From NCBI GenBank assembly GCA_040397175.1, contig JBBAWM010000002.1:1-64000 (forward strand): a DNA stretch of 64,000 nucleotides, read 5' to 3'. The DNA is from Candidatus Limnocylindrus sp. (GTDB lineage Bacteria > Chloroflexota > Limnocylindria > Limnocylindrales > Limnocylindraceae). Position 1 is the stretch's first letter, and each line of letters starts with the position of its first letter. Both the position numbers and the translations under genes were made by a program. Positions 35,835 to 47,491 of this stretch are shown piece by piece. The notes below the pieces were generated by a model. The model worked only from the letters and a program-made list of their open reading frames with translations. It did not search any database and had not been told where the DNA came from.

Positions 35835-36704
35835 ATGGCACCAGTAACCATGCGCGACCTTCTCGAGGTCGGAGCCCACTTCGGGCACCAGACACGCCGA
35901 TGGAATCCCAAGATGGCGCCGTTTATCTACGCGCAGCGCAACGGGATCCACATCCTTGACCTCGCCAAGAGCGCGAAGCACCTGCAGATTGCCCTCGACG
36001 CAGTACGTGACGCGAGCGCAAACGGTGAGACGATTCTCTTCGTCGGCACCAAGAAGCAGGCGCAGGCGCCAATTCAGGAAGAGGCGACCCGCGCCGGTCA
36101 GCCCTACGTGATCAAGCGCTGGCTCGGCGGCATGCTCACCAACTTCACGACGATTCGCAAGCGCCTCACCCTCATGGAGCAGCTTGAGGCACGAGAGCAG
36201 GCTGGCGAGTTCGACATCATGTCGAAGAAGGAGGCGTCCAAGCTTGGCGACAAGCTAGAGAAGCTTCGCGGAGCGCTCGGCGGCATGCGCCGTCTGCGCA
36301 AGGCCCCAGGGATGGTCTTCATCATTGACCCGAGCCGCGAAACCCTCGCTGCGATTGAAGCGAACAAGCTCGGGATCCCTGTTGTCGGCACCGCCGACAC
36401 CAACGTTAACCCTGATCTACTCACCTATCCGATCCCAGTGAACGACGACGCGATCAAGTGCATTCGCTTGATCTGCACCGCCGTCGCTGATGCGGTGATC
36501 GAAGGCGCTGCGATCCGCGCCGCACGTTTGCCTGAGCTTGAGGCGCAAGAGGCCGCAGCAGCTGCCGCAGAAAACGCCGCAGATGCACCTGAGGCATCCG
36601 ATGTCCAGGACGATCTCGTTGCTGCGCTGAGTGCCACCGGCACGCTGAGCTTCTCGCCTGACGAGGAGCCGGTCCCCGCCGTCGACATCACCCCAGCAGT
36701 GTAA
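35835..36704 (+). CDS. rpsB: 30S ribosomal protein S2
   Basis: LLEVGAHFGHQTRRWNPKM, FVGTKKQA, RWLGGMLTN, DTN, NDDA; start revised to ATG 35835 (SD AAGGAG). Confidence 0.97.
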   Translation: MAPVTMRDLLEVGAHFGHQTRRWNPKMAPFIYAQRNGIHILDLAKSAKHLQIALDAVRDASANGETILFVGTKKQAQAPIQEEATRAGQPYVIKRWLGGMLTNFTTIRKRLTLMEQLEAREQAGEFDIMSKKEASKLGDKLEKLRGALGGMRRLRKAPGMVFIIDPSRETLAAIEANKLGIPVVGTADTNVNPDLLTYPIPVNDDAIKCIRLICTAVADAVIEGAAIRAARLPELEAQEAAAAAAENAADAPEASDVQDDLVAALSATGTLSFSPDEEPVPAVDITPAV

Positions 36705-36714
36705 GGAGGCCACC

Positions 36715-37311
36715 ATGGCGATTAGCGCAGAGGCGGTACGAGACCTACGCGAGCGCACCGGCGCTGGAATGATGGATTGCAAGCGCGCACTCGAAGAGTG
36801 CGGTGGTGACGTGGAGAAAGCCGTCCTCGCACTTCGGGAGGCTGGCCTTGCCGCAGCGGCGAAGAAGGCTGGTCGCGATGCACGCGAAGGACTCGTCTCT
36901 TCCTACATCCATACGGGCGGCCGCGTCGGAGTTCTCCTTGAGGTGAACTGCGAGACTGACTTCGTGGCGCGCAATGAGCAGTTCCAGAAGTTGGTGAAAG
37001 ACATCGCCATGCAGATTGCGGGGTTGCACCCGCTCTACGTCAGCCAGGACCAGATCCCTGCCGCTGCGCTCGAAGCGAAGCGCGCCGCACTCCTTGAGGA
37101 CGAGGCACTCGCCAAGAAGCCAGAAGCGATTCGAGCCCAGATCGTTGAGGGACAGCTGCGCAAGTGGTTTGAAGAGGTCTGCCTTCTCGATCAACCATTC
37201 CGCGACGGCGACGAGAACGTTGGTCAGCTGATCACAAACGCAATTGCCACGATCGGCGAGAACATCCGAGTGCGCCGCTTCGTGCGCTACGCCCTCGGCG
37301 AGGAGCTGTAG
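36715..37311 (+). CDS. tsf: elongation factor Ts (short 198-aa form)
   Basis: LRERTGAGMMDCKRAL, EVNCETDFVA, GENIRVRRF. Confidence 0.97.
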   Translation: MAISAEAVRDLRERTGAGMMDCKRALEECGGDVEKAVLALREAGLAAAAKKAGRDAREGLVSSYIHTGGRVGVLLEVNCETDFVARNEQFQKLVKDIAMQIAGLHPLYVSQDQIPAAALEAKRAALLEDEALAKKPEAIRAQIVEGQLRKWFEEVCLLDQPFRDGDENVGQLITNAIATIGENIRVRRFVRYALGEEL

Positions 37312-38614
<1,303 letters not shown>

Positions 38615-38618
<4 letters not shown>

Positions 38619-39364
38619 CCGACGCCGATATTCGGCGACCTGCTGACGCGCAGCCGCTCGTGCATAGCACCCCACCGCCTGAAGGCGCGCCGAGCCATGT
38701 CGCGATCATCATGGACGGCAATCGACGCTGGGCGCGTAGCAAGAGCCTCGACGAGATTGAAGGGCACGTCGCCGGCACCGAGGCGCTGCGAACCGTCCTC
38801 AGGCACGCTGTGCAGATCGGCATTCCGCACCTCACTGTCTACGCCTTCAGCCGCGAGAACTGGGCCCGCAGCGACAAAGAGGTAGCGCAGCTCTTCAATC
38901 TCTTGGCGAAGGTGATCGACGATGAAACACCTGAGCTGCTTGCGCAGGGTGTGGCCGTCCGTTTTCTCGGCCGCCTCTCGGAGCTGCCGGCTGCGGCCCA
39001 GGAGCGCATTGCCTCAGCATGCGCGAGGACGGCAGGCGGCACACGGCTCGAACTTGGGGTTGCGTTCAATTACGGAAGTCGTACCGAAATCGTGGATGCC
39101 GTACGGTCCATCGTGGCTGCAGGGATTACGCCTGATGATATTGATGAGGGCACGATCGGCAACGCCCTCTATACGGCCGGCATGCCTGACCCTGATCTTG
39201 TGATTCGCACGGGCGGCGAGGAACGTCTCTCGAACTTTCTGTTGTGGCAGAGCGCGTATGCCGAGATCGTGACGACGTCCACCCTTTGGCCTGACTTTGG
39301 TGCGGCGGATCTTGATGCGGCGATCTCAACCTACGCGCAGCGCATTCGACGGTTCGGGCGATGA
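38615..39364 (+). CDS. uppS: polyprenyl (undecaprenyl) diphosphate synthase
   Basis: HVAIIMDGNRRWA, YAFSRENW, IRTGGEERLSNFLLWQ, RRFG. Confidence 0.96.
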
Positions 39365-40203
39365 GTAGCGGGGCGCTAACCCAGAGAGCGATCGGTTCGC
39401 TCTTGATCCTTCCAGTAGCCGCTGTGGCGCTCTTCCCTCCAGTCGGCACACTTGCGGTGACGGTTCTCTTGATCGCCCTCGCGGCACGAGAGGCTGCGAA
39501 GATCCTCACCAAGGTGCTTGGCGGCGCCTCCGCGCTCTGGATCACGATCATCTTGGTCAGCCCGCTCTTCGCCGCCATCTCTCCCGCTTTCGGTGCCGCA
39601 CTGACGATCGCAACACTGCTGCTCTTTGTAGGCACGGTGGTTCGTCAAGCGATTCGCGCCACAGCGAAGGGTCTGGAGCCTCAGCTACGTCTGCTTCTTG
39701 GAACGATGGCTGCCGTGATCTGGTTGAGCCCACTCACGCTGCTCCCGCTGCTCGCTTCGCTCGATCCGCTTGATCGAGGGGCGCCGGCGAGTTGGATCGT
39801 GTGGCTATTGGCGATCGTCTGGACGGCAGATAGTGCCGCATACCTTGTTGGACGCACGATCGGTCGACGCAAGTTGGCCCCAGTGCTCTCGCCGCGCAAG
39901 AGTCTTGAAGGATTCGTTGGCGGCATTCTCGTTGCGGGCCTGGTTGGTGCGCTGATCGCTGGCCCACTCTTTACGCTCGGTAAAAACGAATCAGAGTTCT
40001 TCCTCTGGGGGCTGGCCTGGGGTTTGATCATCGCCACTGCAGCGGAGGCAGGTGACCTCCTTGAGTCACTCTTCAAACGTGTTGCAGGTGCCGAGAGTGC
40101 ATCAAACCTGATCCCCGGCCATGGCGGCGTGCTCGATCGCATCGATAGCCTGCTGCTTGCGGCGCCAGTGACGCTCATCGCTGCGCTGCTACTGCGAGGC
40201 TAG
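39361..40203 (+). CDS. cdsA: phosphatidate cytidylyltransferase
   Basis: DSAAYLVG, SPRKSLEG, GDLLESLFKR, PGHGGVLDRID. Confidence 0.93.
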   Translation: MSSGALTQRAIGSLLILPVAAVALFPPVGTLAVTVLLIALAAREAAKILTKVLGGASALWITIILVSPLFAAISPAFGAALTIATLLLFVGTVVRQAIRATAKGLEPQLRLLLGTMAAVIWLSPLTLLPLLASLDPLDRGAPASWIVWLLAIVWTADSAAYLVGRTIGRRKLAPVLSPRKSLEGFVGGILVAGLVGALIAGPLFTLGKNESEFFLWGLAWGLIIATAAEAGDLLESLFKRVAGAESASNLIPGHGGVLDRIDSLLLAAPVTLIAALLLRG

Positions 40204-40204
40204 G

Positions 40205-41332
40205 GTGAGCCGTATCCGCGTCGCCCTGCTTGGTGCGAGCGGTTCAATCGGCCTGCAGGCTGCCGAGGTTATTGCGCAGCACCCCGCGGAGTTTAAACTC
40301 GTTGCCCTTGCCTCAGGTCGCGGTGGTGAGCAGTATGACGCTCTCGCTTCGGCTAATCCGCAGTCGCGCAGCCTCGTTGGTGGCAGCGCTGACGACCTTC
40401 GTTCGCTCGTTCTTGATGCCGCGCCTGACGTTGCGCTGATTGCCACCACTGGTGTTGTCGGCCTTGCCGCAACCGTCGCGGCCCTTGAGGCGGGTGTGGC
40501 GGTGGCGATCGCGAATAAAGAGACGATCGTTTCCGGAGGTGACGTAGTGATGCGCGCCGCTCGAGCAGCCGCAGAGCGCAAGGGGAGCGACGTCCTGGAG
40601 CGTCTTCGCCCGGTCGACTCAGAACACTCGGCGCTCTGGCAAAGCCTTGTTGGTGAATCGCCTGATCGCGTACGATCACTTTGGCTGACGGCGAGTGGCG
40701 GACCGTTCCGTGAGTCGACCGCCGCTGAGATCGCCGCCGCAACTCCCGCGACGGCCCTCAAGCACCCAACCTGGAGCATGGGAGCGAAAATCACGATTGA
40801 TTCAGCGACGCTGGTGAATAAGGGCCTCGAGGCGATCGAGGCACACCGACTCTTCTCGGTGCCCATGGCACAAATCAGGATCGTGGTGCACCCGCAGAGC
40901 GTTGTGCACGGTTTCGTGGAATTCGTTGACGGTTCAACGAAGGCGCAGATGGGTAGTCCCGACATGCGCGGGCCGATCGGTTATGCCCTCGGCTATCCTG
41001 TGCGTATGGCTTCAACCTTTCAGAACGTCGATCTCGTGGCTCACGGGGCGCTCACCTTCACCGCACCTGATCTTGTCCGCTTTCCCGGCCTGGCGATCGC
41101 TTTGGAGGCTGGCCGGGCAGGGGGTGCCGCCCCAGGTGCACTCATCGCAGCCGATGGCGTGGCCGTGACCCGCTTCCTCGCTGGGGAGTTCCTGCTGGGC
41201 GGCATCCCTCGGCTTCTCGGTGATGCGGTGGAGCAATTTGGTGTTCGTCCTGCCCCAACGAGTGTCGATGAGGTGATTGACCTCCATAACGAGGTAACAA
41301 CGTTCGCAGAGCAATGGAGTGGGGCCGCCTGA
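40205..41332 (+). CDS. dxr: 1-deoxy-D-xylulose 5-phosphate reductoisomerase
   Basis: GASGSIG, ANKE, PVDSEHSA, TASGGPF, HPTWSMGAKITIDSAT..NKGLE. Confidence 0.96.
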   Translation: MSRIRVALLGASGSIGLQAAEVIAQHPAEFKLVALASGRGGEQYDALASANPQSRSLVGGSADDLRSLVLDAAPDVALIATTGVVGLAATVAALEAGVAVAIANKETIVSGGDVVMRAARAAAERKGSDVLERLRPVDSEHSALWQSLVGESPDRVRSLWLTASGGPFRESTAAEIAAATPATALKHPTWSMGAKITIDSATLVNKGLEAIEAHRLFSVPMAQIRIVVHPQSVVHGFVEFVDGSTKAQMGSPDMRGPIGYALGYPVRMASTFQNVDLVAHGALTFTAPDLVRFPGLAIALEAGRAGGAAPGALIAADGVAVTRFLAGEFLLGGIPRLLGDAVEQFGVRPAPTSVDEVIDLHNEVTTFAEQWSGAA

Positions 41333-42414
41333 TGGAGATCCTCGGCGGCATTGCCGCACCGGTGCTCGTCTTCGTCCTTCTCGTCGTGCCACTGATCGTG
41401 GTGCACGAACTTGGCCATCTTGTTGCGGCACGACTTCGTGGCATTGACGTGCCCGAATTCGGAATTGGGTTTCCACCACGCCTCTTCACGCTGCTCCGAG
41501 GGCGGCGTACAGAGCTCACCATCAACGCCCTTCCGATCGGCGGATTCGTGCGCATGGCGGGGAGCGAAGAGGGAGATACCGATCCCGCCGGCTGGGAGCG
41601 TGCAACGCTCACCTCCAAGGTGCTGGTCATGGTTGCGGGGGTTGCCATGAACATCGTGGTCGCTTTCTTACTGATGCTCCTCCTCTCTGGTCCGCTCGCT
41701 GAACGTTCCAGCATCCTTCTCGAGGATGTACAGCCGGGCTCTCCAGCCGCCGCTGCTGGCCTGCTGCCTGGTGATCGCATCGTGGGCCTCGAGGGGGAAA
41801 CCTTCGATCGCTTTGACTCACCGCTGCAGAGCCTTCCTGGTCGCGCAGGAGAGACCGTCCAAGTGACGGTGGAGACTCCAGGCCAAGCGAAGCGATTCGT
41901 TTCCATCACGCTGCGCACTGCAGAAGCGGCAGCCGGGCAGGGGTTCATGGGTGTGAAGATTGCCTCTATTGACGGCGCCGGTCCACTCTCACGACCGATC
42001 GGCGACGCACTGGTACTTGCCGCTACGCGCACCTGGGATGCCGGGACCTCAATTCTCGGGGCGCTGGGTACCTTCATTACGTCGCCGTTCCGCCCATCAG
42101 ATGGCACCGGCGGAGTTGCGGGGCCGATCGGTATTGCCGTTGGTGTTTCTGCAGCTGCCGGCCAGCTCGGCTTTGTTGGCCTCTTGCATATCGCGGCGCT
42201 GCTCTCAGCAAATCTTGCAGTACTGAACCTGCTGCCGATCCCGCCGCTCGACGGTGGCCGTGTCGCCGCACTCTTCCTCCGACGCCTACTTGGAGAGGTG
42301 CGTGGTCGCCGTGTTGAACGACAGCTTGTGACTGCTGGTGCCGTGCTCATGCTCGCACTCTTCGCCTGGATTTCGCTTGGTGACATCCTGAATCTCTTCG
42401 GGGTGAAGCGATGA
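41332..42414 (+). CDS. rseP: site-2 zinc metalloprotease RseP with PDZ domain
   Basis: [17 protein letters not shown] ([13 protein letters not shown]), [11 protein letters not shown]; start revised to ATG 41332. Confidence 0.93.
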   Translation: MEILGGIAAPVLVFVLLVVPLIVVHELGHLVAARLRGIDVPEFGIGFPPRLFTLLRGRRTELTINALPIGGFVRMAGSEEGDTDPAGWERATLTSKVLVMVAGVAMNIVVAFLLMLLLSGPLAERSSILLEDVQPGSPAAAAGLLPGDRIVGLEGETFDRFDSPLQSLPGRAGETVQVTVETPGQAKRFVSITLRTAEAAAGQGFMGVKIASIDGAGPLSRPIGDALVLAATRTWDAGTSILGALGTFITSPFRPSDGTGGVAGPIGIAVGVSAAAGQLGFVGLLHIAALLSANLAVLNLLPIPPLDGGRVAALFLRRLLGEVRGRRVERQLVTAGAVLMLALFAWISLGDILNLFGVKR

Positions 42415-43679
42415 GTCGCGAACTGAACGTCGTCGCTCGCCCTGCAGCCGACCGACCGGATCAGCTGCGACCGGTGCGTCGTGCGACTCCGAGCGTCTCC
42501 GTAGGCGGGGTGCTGGTCGGCTCAGCGCATCCGATCGTCGTGCAATCTATGACCAACACCGATACGGCAGACGCCGCTGGCACTGCTGCACAAGTCGCGC
42601 ATCTAGCGCGTGCGGGCAGTCAAATCGTGCGAGTTACGGTGAATAACGATGCGGCGGCCGCGGCGATTCCCGAGATCGTACAGCGACTTGCCGACGATGG
42701 GTTGACCACGCCGATCGTGGGCGACTTCCACTACAACGGCCACAAACTCCTCGCCGCCCATCCAAAGAGTGCCTCGCTGCTGGCGAAGTATCGAATTAAT
42801 CCAGGGAATGTGGGGAGCAAGCATCGCGATGAGAACTTCCAGACGATCGTGAAGGTAGCGATTGATCACGGCAAGCCTGTCCGGATTGGCGTGAATTGGG
42901 GATCGCTGGATCAAGACCTCCTGACGAAACTTATGGAAGAGAACGCCGCATCCACCACCCCGGCGAGCGCGCGAGCCGTGACGATTGAAGCGATCGTGCG
43001 CTCTGCAACTCAGTCGGCCGAACTCGCGGAGTCCACTGGGCTACCGCACGATCACATCCTGCTCTCCGCCAAGACTTCCAACGTGCGCGACCTGTTTGAC
43101 GTGTACACAGAGCTTGCGGGTCGGTGCGACTACCCGCTGCATCTCGGTCTCACCGAGGCGGGGATGGGGATGAAGGGGATCGTGGCCACGAGTGCCGCCC
43201 TCGGACATCTCTTGAACCAGGGAATCGGCGACACGATTCGCGTCTCGTTGACGCCGGAGCCAGGTGCTGACCGCGCGCTCGAAGTTGAAGTGGCGCAGCA
43301 GATCTTGCAGTCGCTCGGCCTTCGTGCCTTCTCGCCGCAAGTCACTTCGTGCCCAGGGTGCGGGCGCACGACGAGCACCTTCTTCCAAGAGATGGCGCAA
43401 GAGATCCAGGCGTATCTCAAGGCGCGCCTGCCAGAGTGGCGCCCGCTGCACCCTGGGGTCGAGAACCTTGAGGTCGCGGTGATGGGCTGTGTCGTCAACG
43501 GACCAGGGGAGTCGAAGCACGCGAACCTCGGGATCAGCCTGCCGGGAACATTCGAGGAGCCGGTTGCCCCCGTATTCCAGGACGGCGCCCTGCTCACTAC
43601 CCTCCGCGGCGATCGGATCGTGGCGGAGTTCCTAGAGATCCTCGAGCGCTACGTAGTGGCCCACTACCCAAAGAGCTAG
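42411..43679 (+). CDS. ispG: HMBPP synthase (4Fe-4S)
   Basis: [47 protein letters not shown]. Confidence 0.97.
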   Translation: MSRELNVVARPAADRPDQLRPVRRATPSVSVGGVLVGSAHPIVVQSMTNTDTADAAGTAAQVAHLARAGSQIVRVTVNNDAAAAAIPEIVQRLADDGLTTPIVGDFHYNGHKLLAAHPKSASLLAKYRINPGNVGSKHRDENFQTIVKVAIDHGKPVRIGVNWGSLDQDLLTKLMEENAASTTPASARAVTIEAIVRSATQSAELAESTGLPHDHILLSAKTSNVRDLFDVYTELAGRCDYPLHLGLTEAGMGMKGIVATSAALGHLLNQGIGDTIRVSLTPEPGADRALEVEVAQQILQSLGLRAFSPQVTSCPGCGRTTSTFFQEMAQEIQAYLKARLPEWRPLHPGVENLEVAVMGCVVNGPGESKHANLGISLPGTFEEPVAPVFQDGALLTTLRGDRIVAEFLEILERYVVAHYPKS

Positions 43680-43756
43680 CGCCAGTCGTCTTTGCGCTGA
43701 CGTGGGGCCCTCCCGGGAGGGGCACGAGCACGAAGGGGGGAGGCTCCGGATGCCCG

Positions 43757-43765
43757 TGGTATAGT
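43757..43765 (+). promoter_or_regulatory. extended -10 of the nusA-infB operon
   Basis: TGgTATAGT. Confidence 0.75.
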
Positions 43766-43791
43766 TCCTGTAACAACGGCCGCCGAACGAG

Positions 43792-43819
43792 AGACGTGGG
43801 TGACCCCCACGTCTTTTTT
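43792..43819 (+). terminator. intrinsic terminator/attenuator in the nusA leader (rimP-leader type)
   Basis: AGACGTGGG-TGACC-CCCACGTCT followed by TTTTT, between promoter and nusA start. Confidence 0.85.
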
Positions 43820-43852
43820 ATCGGGGTCGCAAGTACAGAAGGGAGGCGTGAC

Positions 43853-44923
43853 GTGAGCAAAGAGCTTGTGAGCGCCCTCATTCAGCTAGGCGCTGAGCGC
43901 GGTATCGATCGAGCTGCGGTGTTGCAGGCGGCAGAGGAGTCCTATGCGGTCGCCCTCAATCGCCGACACGCCTCATCCGACATCCACGTGCGCCTCGATC
44001 CTGAATCAGGGGCAATGCGGGTCTTCCGGGCCCGCCGAGTGGTCGACGAAGTCCTCGTTCTAGGTGCTGAATGGACGCCAGAAGAGGCCCAGGCCGCAAA
44101 GCCCGGCGCCGTGGTTGGTGACCTCATTGAACTGGAAGAGATGGACGGCGATATGGGCCGCATCGTTGCCGCCCAGGCGCGCCAGGCGCTCCAGCAGCGC
44201 CTCATCCAGATCCAGCGCGACCTGATCATGCAGTCGTTCGCGGAACGTGCCGGTGAGATTCTCACGGGTGTCGTGATGCGGGTCGACCGCCGCAACCTCG
44301 TCCTAGACGTGGGGAAGGCGGAGGCGTACCTGCCTGCCACTGAACAGTCGCAGCTCGACACCTTCCGCATCGGCGAGAACGTCAAGGCGCTTCTCCTTGA
44401 GGTGCGAACAACGGTACGTGGTCCCGAAATCCTTCTGACGCGTACGCATAAGAACTTCGTGAAGAAACTCTTCGAGCTTGAGGTTCCTGAACTGACAGCG
44501 GGAACGGTGGAGATCACCTCGATTGCTCGAGAGCCGGGAAGCCGCACCAAGATCGTTGTTGCAACGAAGCAGGTTGGTCTCGACCCGGTCGGCGCAGTTG
44601 TGGGCCAACGTGGTGCACGTGTGCAGGCTGTTGTTGAAGATCTTGGTGGCGAGAAGATCGACATCATCGCGCACACCGACGACGCAGCTGAGGCGATTGG
44701 GCGAGCCCTCTCACCAGCCCCCGTAGTCTCTGTCACGGTCGATGAAGCGGCAAAATCGGCAACCGTGGTAGTGCCCGAACGATCACTCTCGCTCGCGATC
44801 GGCGCTGGTGGGCAGAACGCTCGCCTCGCGGCGCGACTTACCGGTTTCCGAATCGACATTGCCAGTGATGGCAGTGGAGCTGCTGAAACGCCAACAGAAG
44901 CCCTAGCGGGCGAGGAGGCCTAA
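43853..44923 (+). CDS. nusA: transcription termination/antitermination factor NusA
   Basis: S1 plus KH domains; AREPGSRTK, DPVGAVVGQRGAR, SLAIGAGGQNARLA; start GTG 43853 (SD GGAGG). Confidence 0.96.
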   Translation: MSKELVSALIQLGAERGIDRAAVLQAAEESYAVALNRRHASSDIHVRLDPESGAMRVFRARRVVDEVLVLGAEWTPEEAQAAKPGAVVGDLIELEEMDGDMGRIVAAQARQALQQRLIQIQRDLIMQSFAERAGEILTGVVMRVDRRNLVLDVGKAEAYLPATEQSQLDTFRIGENVKALLLEVRTTVRGPEILLTRTHKNFVKKLFELEVPELTAGTVEITSIAREPGSRTKIVVATKQVGLDPVGAVVGQRGARVQAVVEDLGGEKIDIIAHTDDAAEAIGRALSPAPVVSVTVDEAAKSATVVVPERSLSLAIGAGGQNARLAARLTGFRIDIASDGSGAAETPTEALAGEEA

Positions 44924-44924
44924 G

Positions 44925-45191
44925 ACGCCTGTCGCTCGTGCGCGTACCTGCGTGGCCTGCCGACGTACACAGCCGAGGGAGACGCTTGTGCGGTACGGAA
45001 CCTCCGCAGATGGAGGGGTGCGCATGGGCGCAGTCGGAGGTCGAGGGGCCTGGGTCTGCCAAAGCGGTGATGCAGCACACGACGCACTGATTGGTGACGG
45101 ATTACGACGAGGATTGAGGGGCCGGATTGCGACCACAGATCTCGAACAGATTGTCACTGAGCGGCAAAGTCAACGAATAGAGAGGGGGTAG
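44925..45191 (+). CDS. ylxR: YlxR/DUF448 RNA-binding protein; apparent ACG start
   Basis: RTCVACR and GRGAWVC motifs; SD GAGGAGG (44912-18) lies 6 nt before in-frame ACG 44925; the track's GTG 44952 falls inside the CxxC motif. Confidence 0.8.
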   Translation, partial: TPVARARTCVACRRTQPRETLVRYGTSADGGVRMGAVGGRGAWVCQSGDAAHDALIGDGLRRGLRGRIATTDLEQIVTERQSQRIERG

Positions 45192-45194
45192 CAG

Positions 45195-47066
45195 ATGACG
45201 AAGCAGCGTAAGAGCATCCGTCCACCGCGCCCCGATCGCTTGCCTCCGGAGCCGAAGCCAGCGCGCGTTGCACAGGTGCATGATGGCATCCTCGAGTTGC
45301 CCGCCTCCATCGTCGTTGGCGATCTCGCAACGCTGCTCAAGGTAAATCCTGCCGATATTATCAATCCGCTCATTCGCAGCGGCGTGTTTGCAACCATGAA
45401 CCAGGGCATTGATCGCGAGACAGCCTCGCTCATTGCTACCGAGCTTGGCTTCACCGTCAAGGAGCCTGAGCCTGACGAAGATGAGGCTGCACCCGAGGCC
45501 ACCCCTGAAGCTGTACCCGCGGCAGCGAAAACTGAATTCTTCAGCGAAGATCCAGGCGCGACGCTCATCTCGCGCGCTCCGATCGTCACCGTGATGGGCC
45601 ACGTCGATCACGGTAAGACGAGCCTGCTGGATGCGCTGCGCAAGACGAGCGTTGCCGCAGGGGAGCGAGGCGGAATCACCCAACACCTTGGCGCCAGCCA
45701 GGTGCAGCGCGGCGATCGTTCGATTCTCTTCCTCGACACCCCAGGGCACGAGGCCTTTACGGCGATGCGAGCACGCGGTGCACGAGTCACGGATATTGCC
45801 ATCGTTGTGGTTGCCGCTGATGACGGTGTGATGCCGCAAACTAAAGAGGCGATTAGCCACGCCCGTGCAGCGAACGTCCCCATCATCATTGCGCTCAACA
45901 AGATCGATAAGCCCGATGCCAACCCGGATCGCGTGAAGACCGAGCTTGCGGAGTCGAATGTGGTCATCGAAGATTATGGCGGCGACGTACCGCTGGTTGC
46001 GGTATCCGCACGAACGGGCATTGGCCTCGACGACCTCCTGGACATGGTTCTCCTGGTCGCTGATCTCGGTGACTACAAGGCCGACGCGGCACGACTCGCG
46101 GTGGGCACGGTCATTGAGGCGCAGCGCGACAAGGGTCGTGGTCCAATTGCCACTGTGATCGTGCAGACGGGCACTCTCCGCGTTGGTGATCATATGGTCG
46201 TCGGTGCGATCTCAGGGAAGGTCCGCTCGCTCGAATCGACCGACGGGGGTCGCATCAAGGTGGCTGGCCCGTCGACCGCTGTGGTGGTGTCAGGTCTTCC
46301 TGAGGTCCCCGTTAGCGGTGAGATCTTCCGCATTGCGGCGGACGAGAAGGAGGCTCGCGCCTGGTCTGAAGCTGCAGCCGACGCTACCAGTGCCGGACGC
46401 GATAGTGGCCATGCGACGATGGAGGACCTCTACAAGCGTATCCAGTCTGGTGCCGGTAAAGAGGTTCGCGTAATCCTGAAATCGGATGTTGCTGGGTCAC
46501 TCGGCGCGATTGAGCACCAGCTTGAGAAGATGCAGAGCGATGAGGTGCGCATCAACGTGCTCCTCTCAGCCGCCGGGGAGATCACCGAGAACGACATTCT
46601 GCTGGCATCAGCATCGGATGCGATCGTTCTTGGCTTCACGACGACGTTGACCCCAGGTGCCCGCCGCATGGCCGAAACGAACAAGGTCGACGTGCGCCTC
46701 TACGAGATCATCTACGAACTCGCCGACGACATGAAGGCTGCACTCGAAGGGATGCTCGATCCAGAGAAGTCAGAAGTTGTCGAGGGGCGAGCCGAGGTGA
46801 AGCAGCTCTTCCCTGGGAAGGGCTTTGTCATCGCCGGCTCCATCATCCGTGAGGGGCGTGTCACACGCGGCGCAAAGGTGCGCGTCATGCGCGGCGGCAA
46901 TCTGGTTGCCAATGACGTGATCGAATCGCTCCGCCGTTTCCGTGATGACGTCCGTGAGGTCAAAGAGGGCCAGGAGTGCGGCATCGGGCTTGGAGCATCG
47001 GTCACCGTCCTCGAGGGTGACATCCTGGAGATCATCGGTGAGAAGTCCACGAGGCGGACCCTCTAA
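45195..47066 (+). CDS. infB: translation initiation factor IF-2 (short N-terminus)
   Basis: [48 protein letters not shown]. Confidence 0.98.
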   Translation: MTKQRKSIRPPRPDRLPPEPKPARVAQVHDGILELPASIVVGDLATLLKVNPADIINPLIRSGVFATMNQGIDRETASLIATELGFTVKEPEPDEDEAAPEATPEAVPAAAKTEFFSEDPGATLISRAPIVTVMGHVDHGKTSLLDALRKTSVAAGERGGITQHLGASQVQRGDRSILFLDTPGHEAFTAMRARGARVTDIAIVVVAADDGVMPQTKEAISHARAANVPIIIALNKIDKPDANPDRVKTELAESNVVIEDYGGDVPLVAVSARTGIGLDDLLDMVLLVADLGDYKADAARLAVGTVIEAQRDKGRGPIATVIVQTGTLRVGDHMVVGAISGKVRSLESTDGGRIKVAGPSTAVVVSGLPEVPVSGEIFRIAADEKEARAWSEAAADATSAGRDSGHATMEDLYKRIQSGAGKEVRVILKSDVAGSLGAIEHQLEKMQSDEVRINVLLSAAGEITENDILLASASDAIVLGFTTTLTPGARRMAETNKVDVRLYEIIYELADDMKAALEGMLDPEKSEVVEGRAEVKQLFPGKGFVIAGSIIREGRVTRGAKVRVMRGGNLVANDVIESLRRFRDDVREVKEGQECGIGLGASVTVLEGDILEIIGEKSTRRTL

Positions 47067-47068
47067 GC

Positions 47069-47491
47069 ATGTCTGAGCGGATGCCCCGTGTCGATGAGCT
47101 GCTTAGGGAAGAGATCAGTGCCCATATTGGCCGCTCACTCAGTGATCCACGGCTCGGCTTTGTGACCGTGACCTCTGTGTCAACATCACCAGACTTGCGG
47201 CACGCAAAAGTGTTTGTCAGCACTATCGGCAGTGAAGAACAACGAGTCGCCTCGCTTGCAGCGCTCAAGAGTGCCGCTTCTCACCTTCGCACCGTCATCG
47301 GCAAGGGGCTGCGTATTCGCCGCGTTCCTGACCTGCATTTCGAACTGGATGAGGCGGGCGATCGTGGCGCACGCATTCAGCAGCTACTGGGAAGCATTGC
47401 CGATGGAGGCCTCCCACCTGAGACGCTCTCGCCGCTTCCGGCTCCGACACGCACAGGAGTGGAAGAGAAGATCCGGAGGAGTAAGGGATGA
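47069..47491 (+). CDS. rbfA: ribosome-binding factor A
   Basis: DPRLGFVTVT, SPDLRHAKVF, RRVPDLHF. Confidence 0.94.
   Translation: MSERMPRVDELLREEISAHIGRSLSDPRLGFVTVTSVSTSPDLRHAKVFVSTIGSEEQRVASLAALKSAASHLRTVIGKGLRIRRVPDLHFELDEAGDRGARIQQLLGSIADGGLPPETLSPLPAPTRTGVEEKIRRSKG

Noticed and set aside
43708-43721. Perfect 14-bp palindrome CCCTCCCGGGAGGG between ispG and the nusA promoter
   Set aside because: Single GC-rich instance with no second copy or nearby regulator; may be chance
41142-46193. Long antisense ORFs (414, 305 and 363 aa) opposite rseP, nusA and infB
   Set aside because: Typical high-GC shadow frames with Ser/Arg/Pro-biased composition and no motifs
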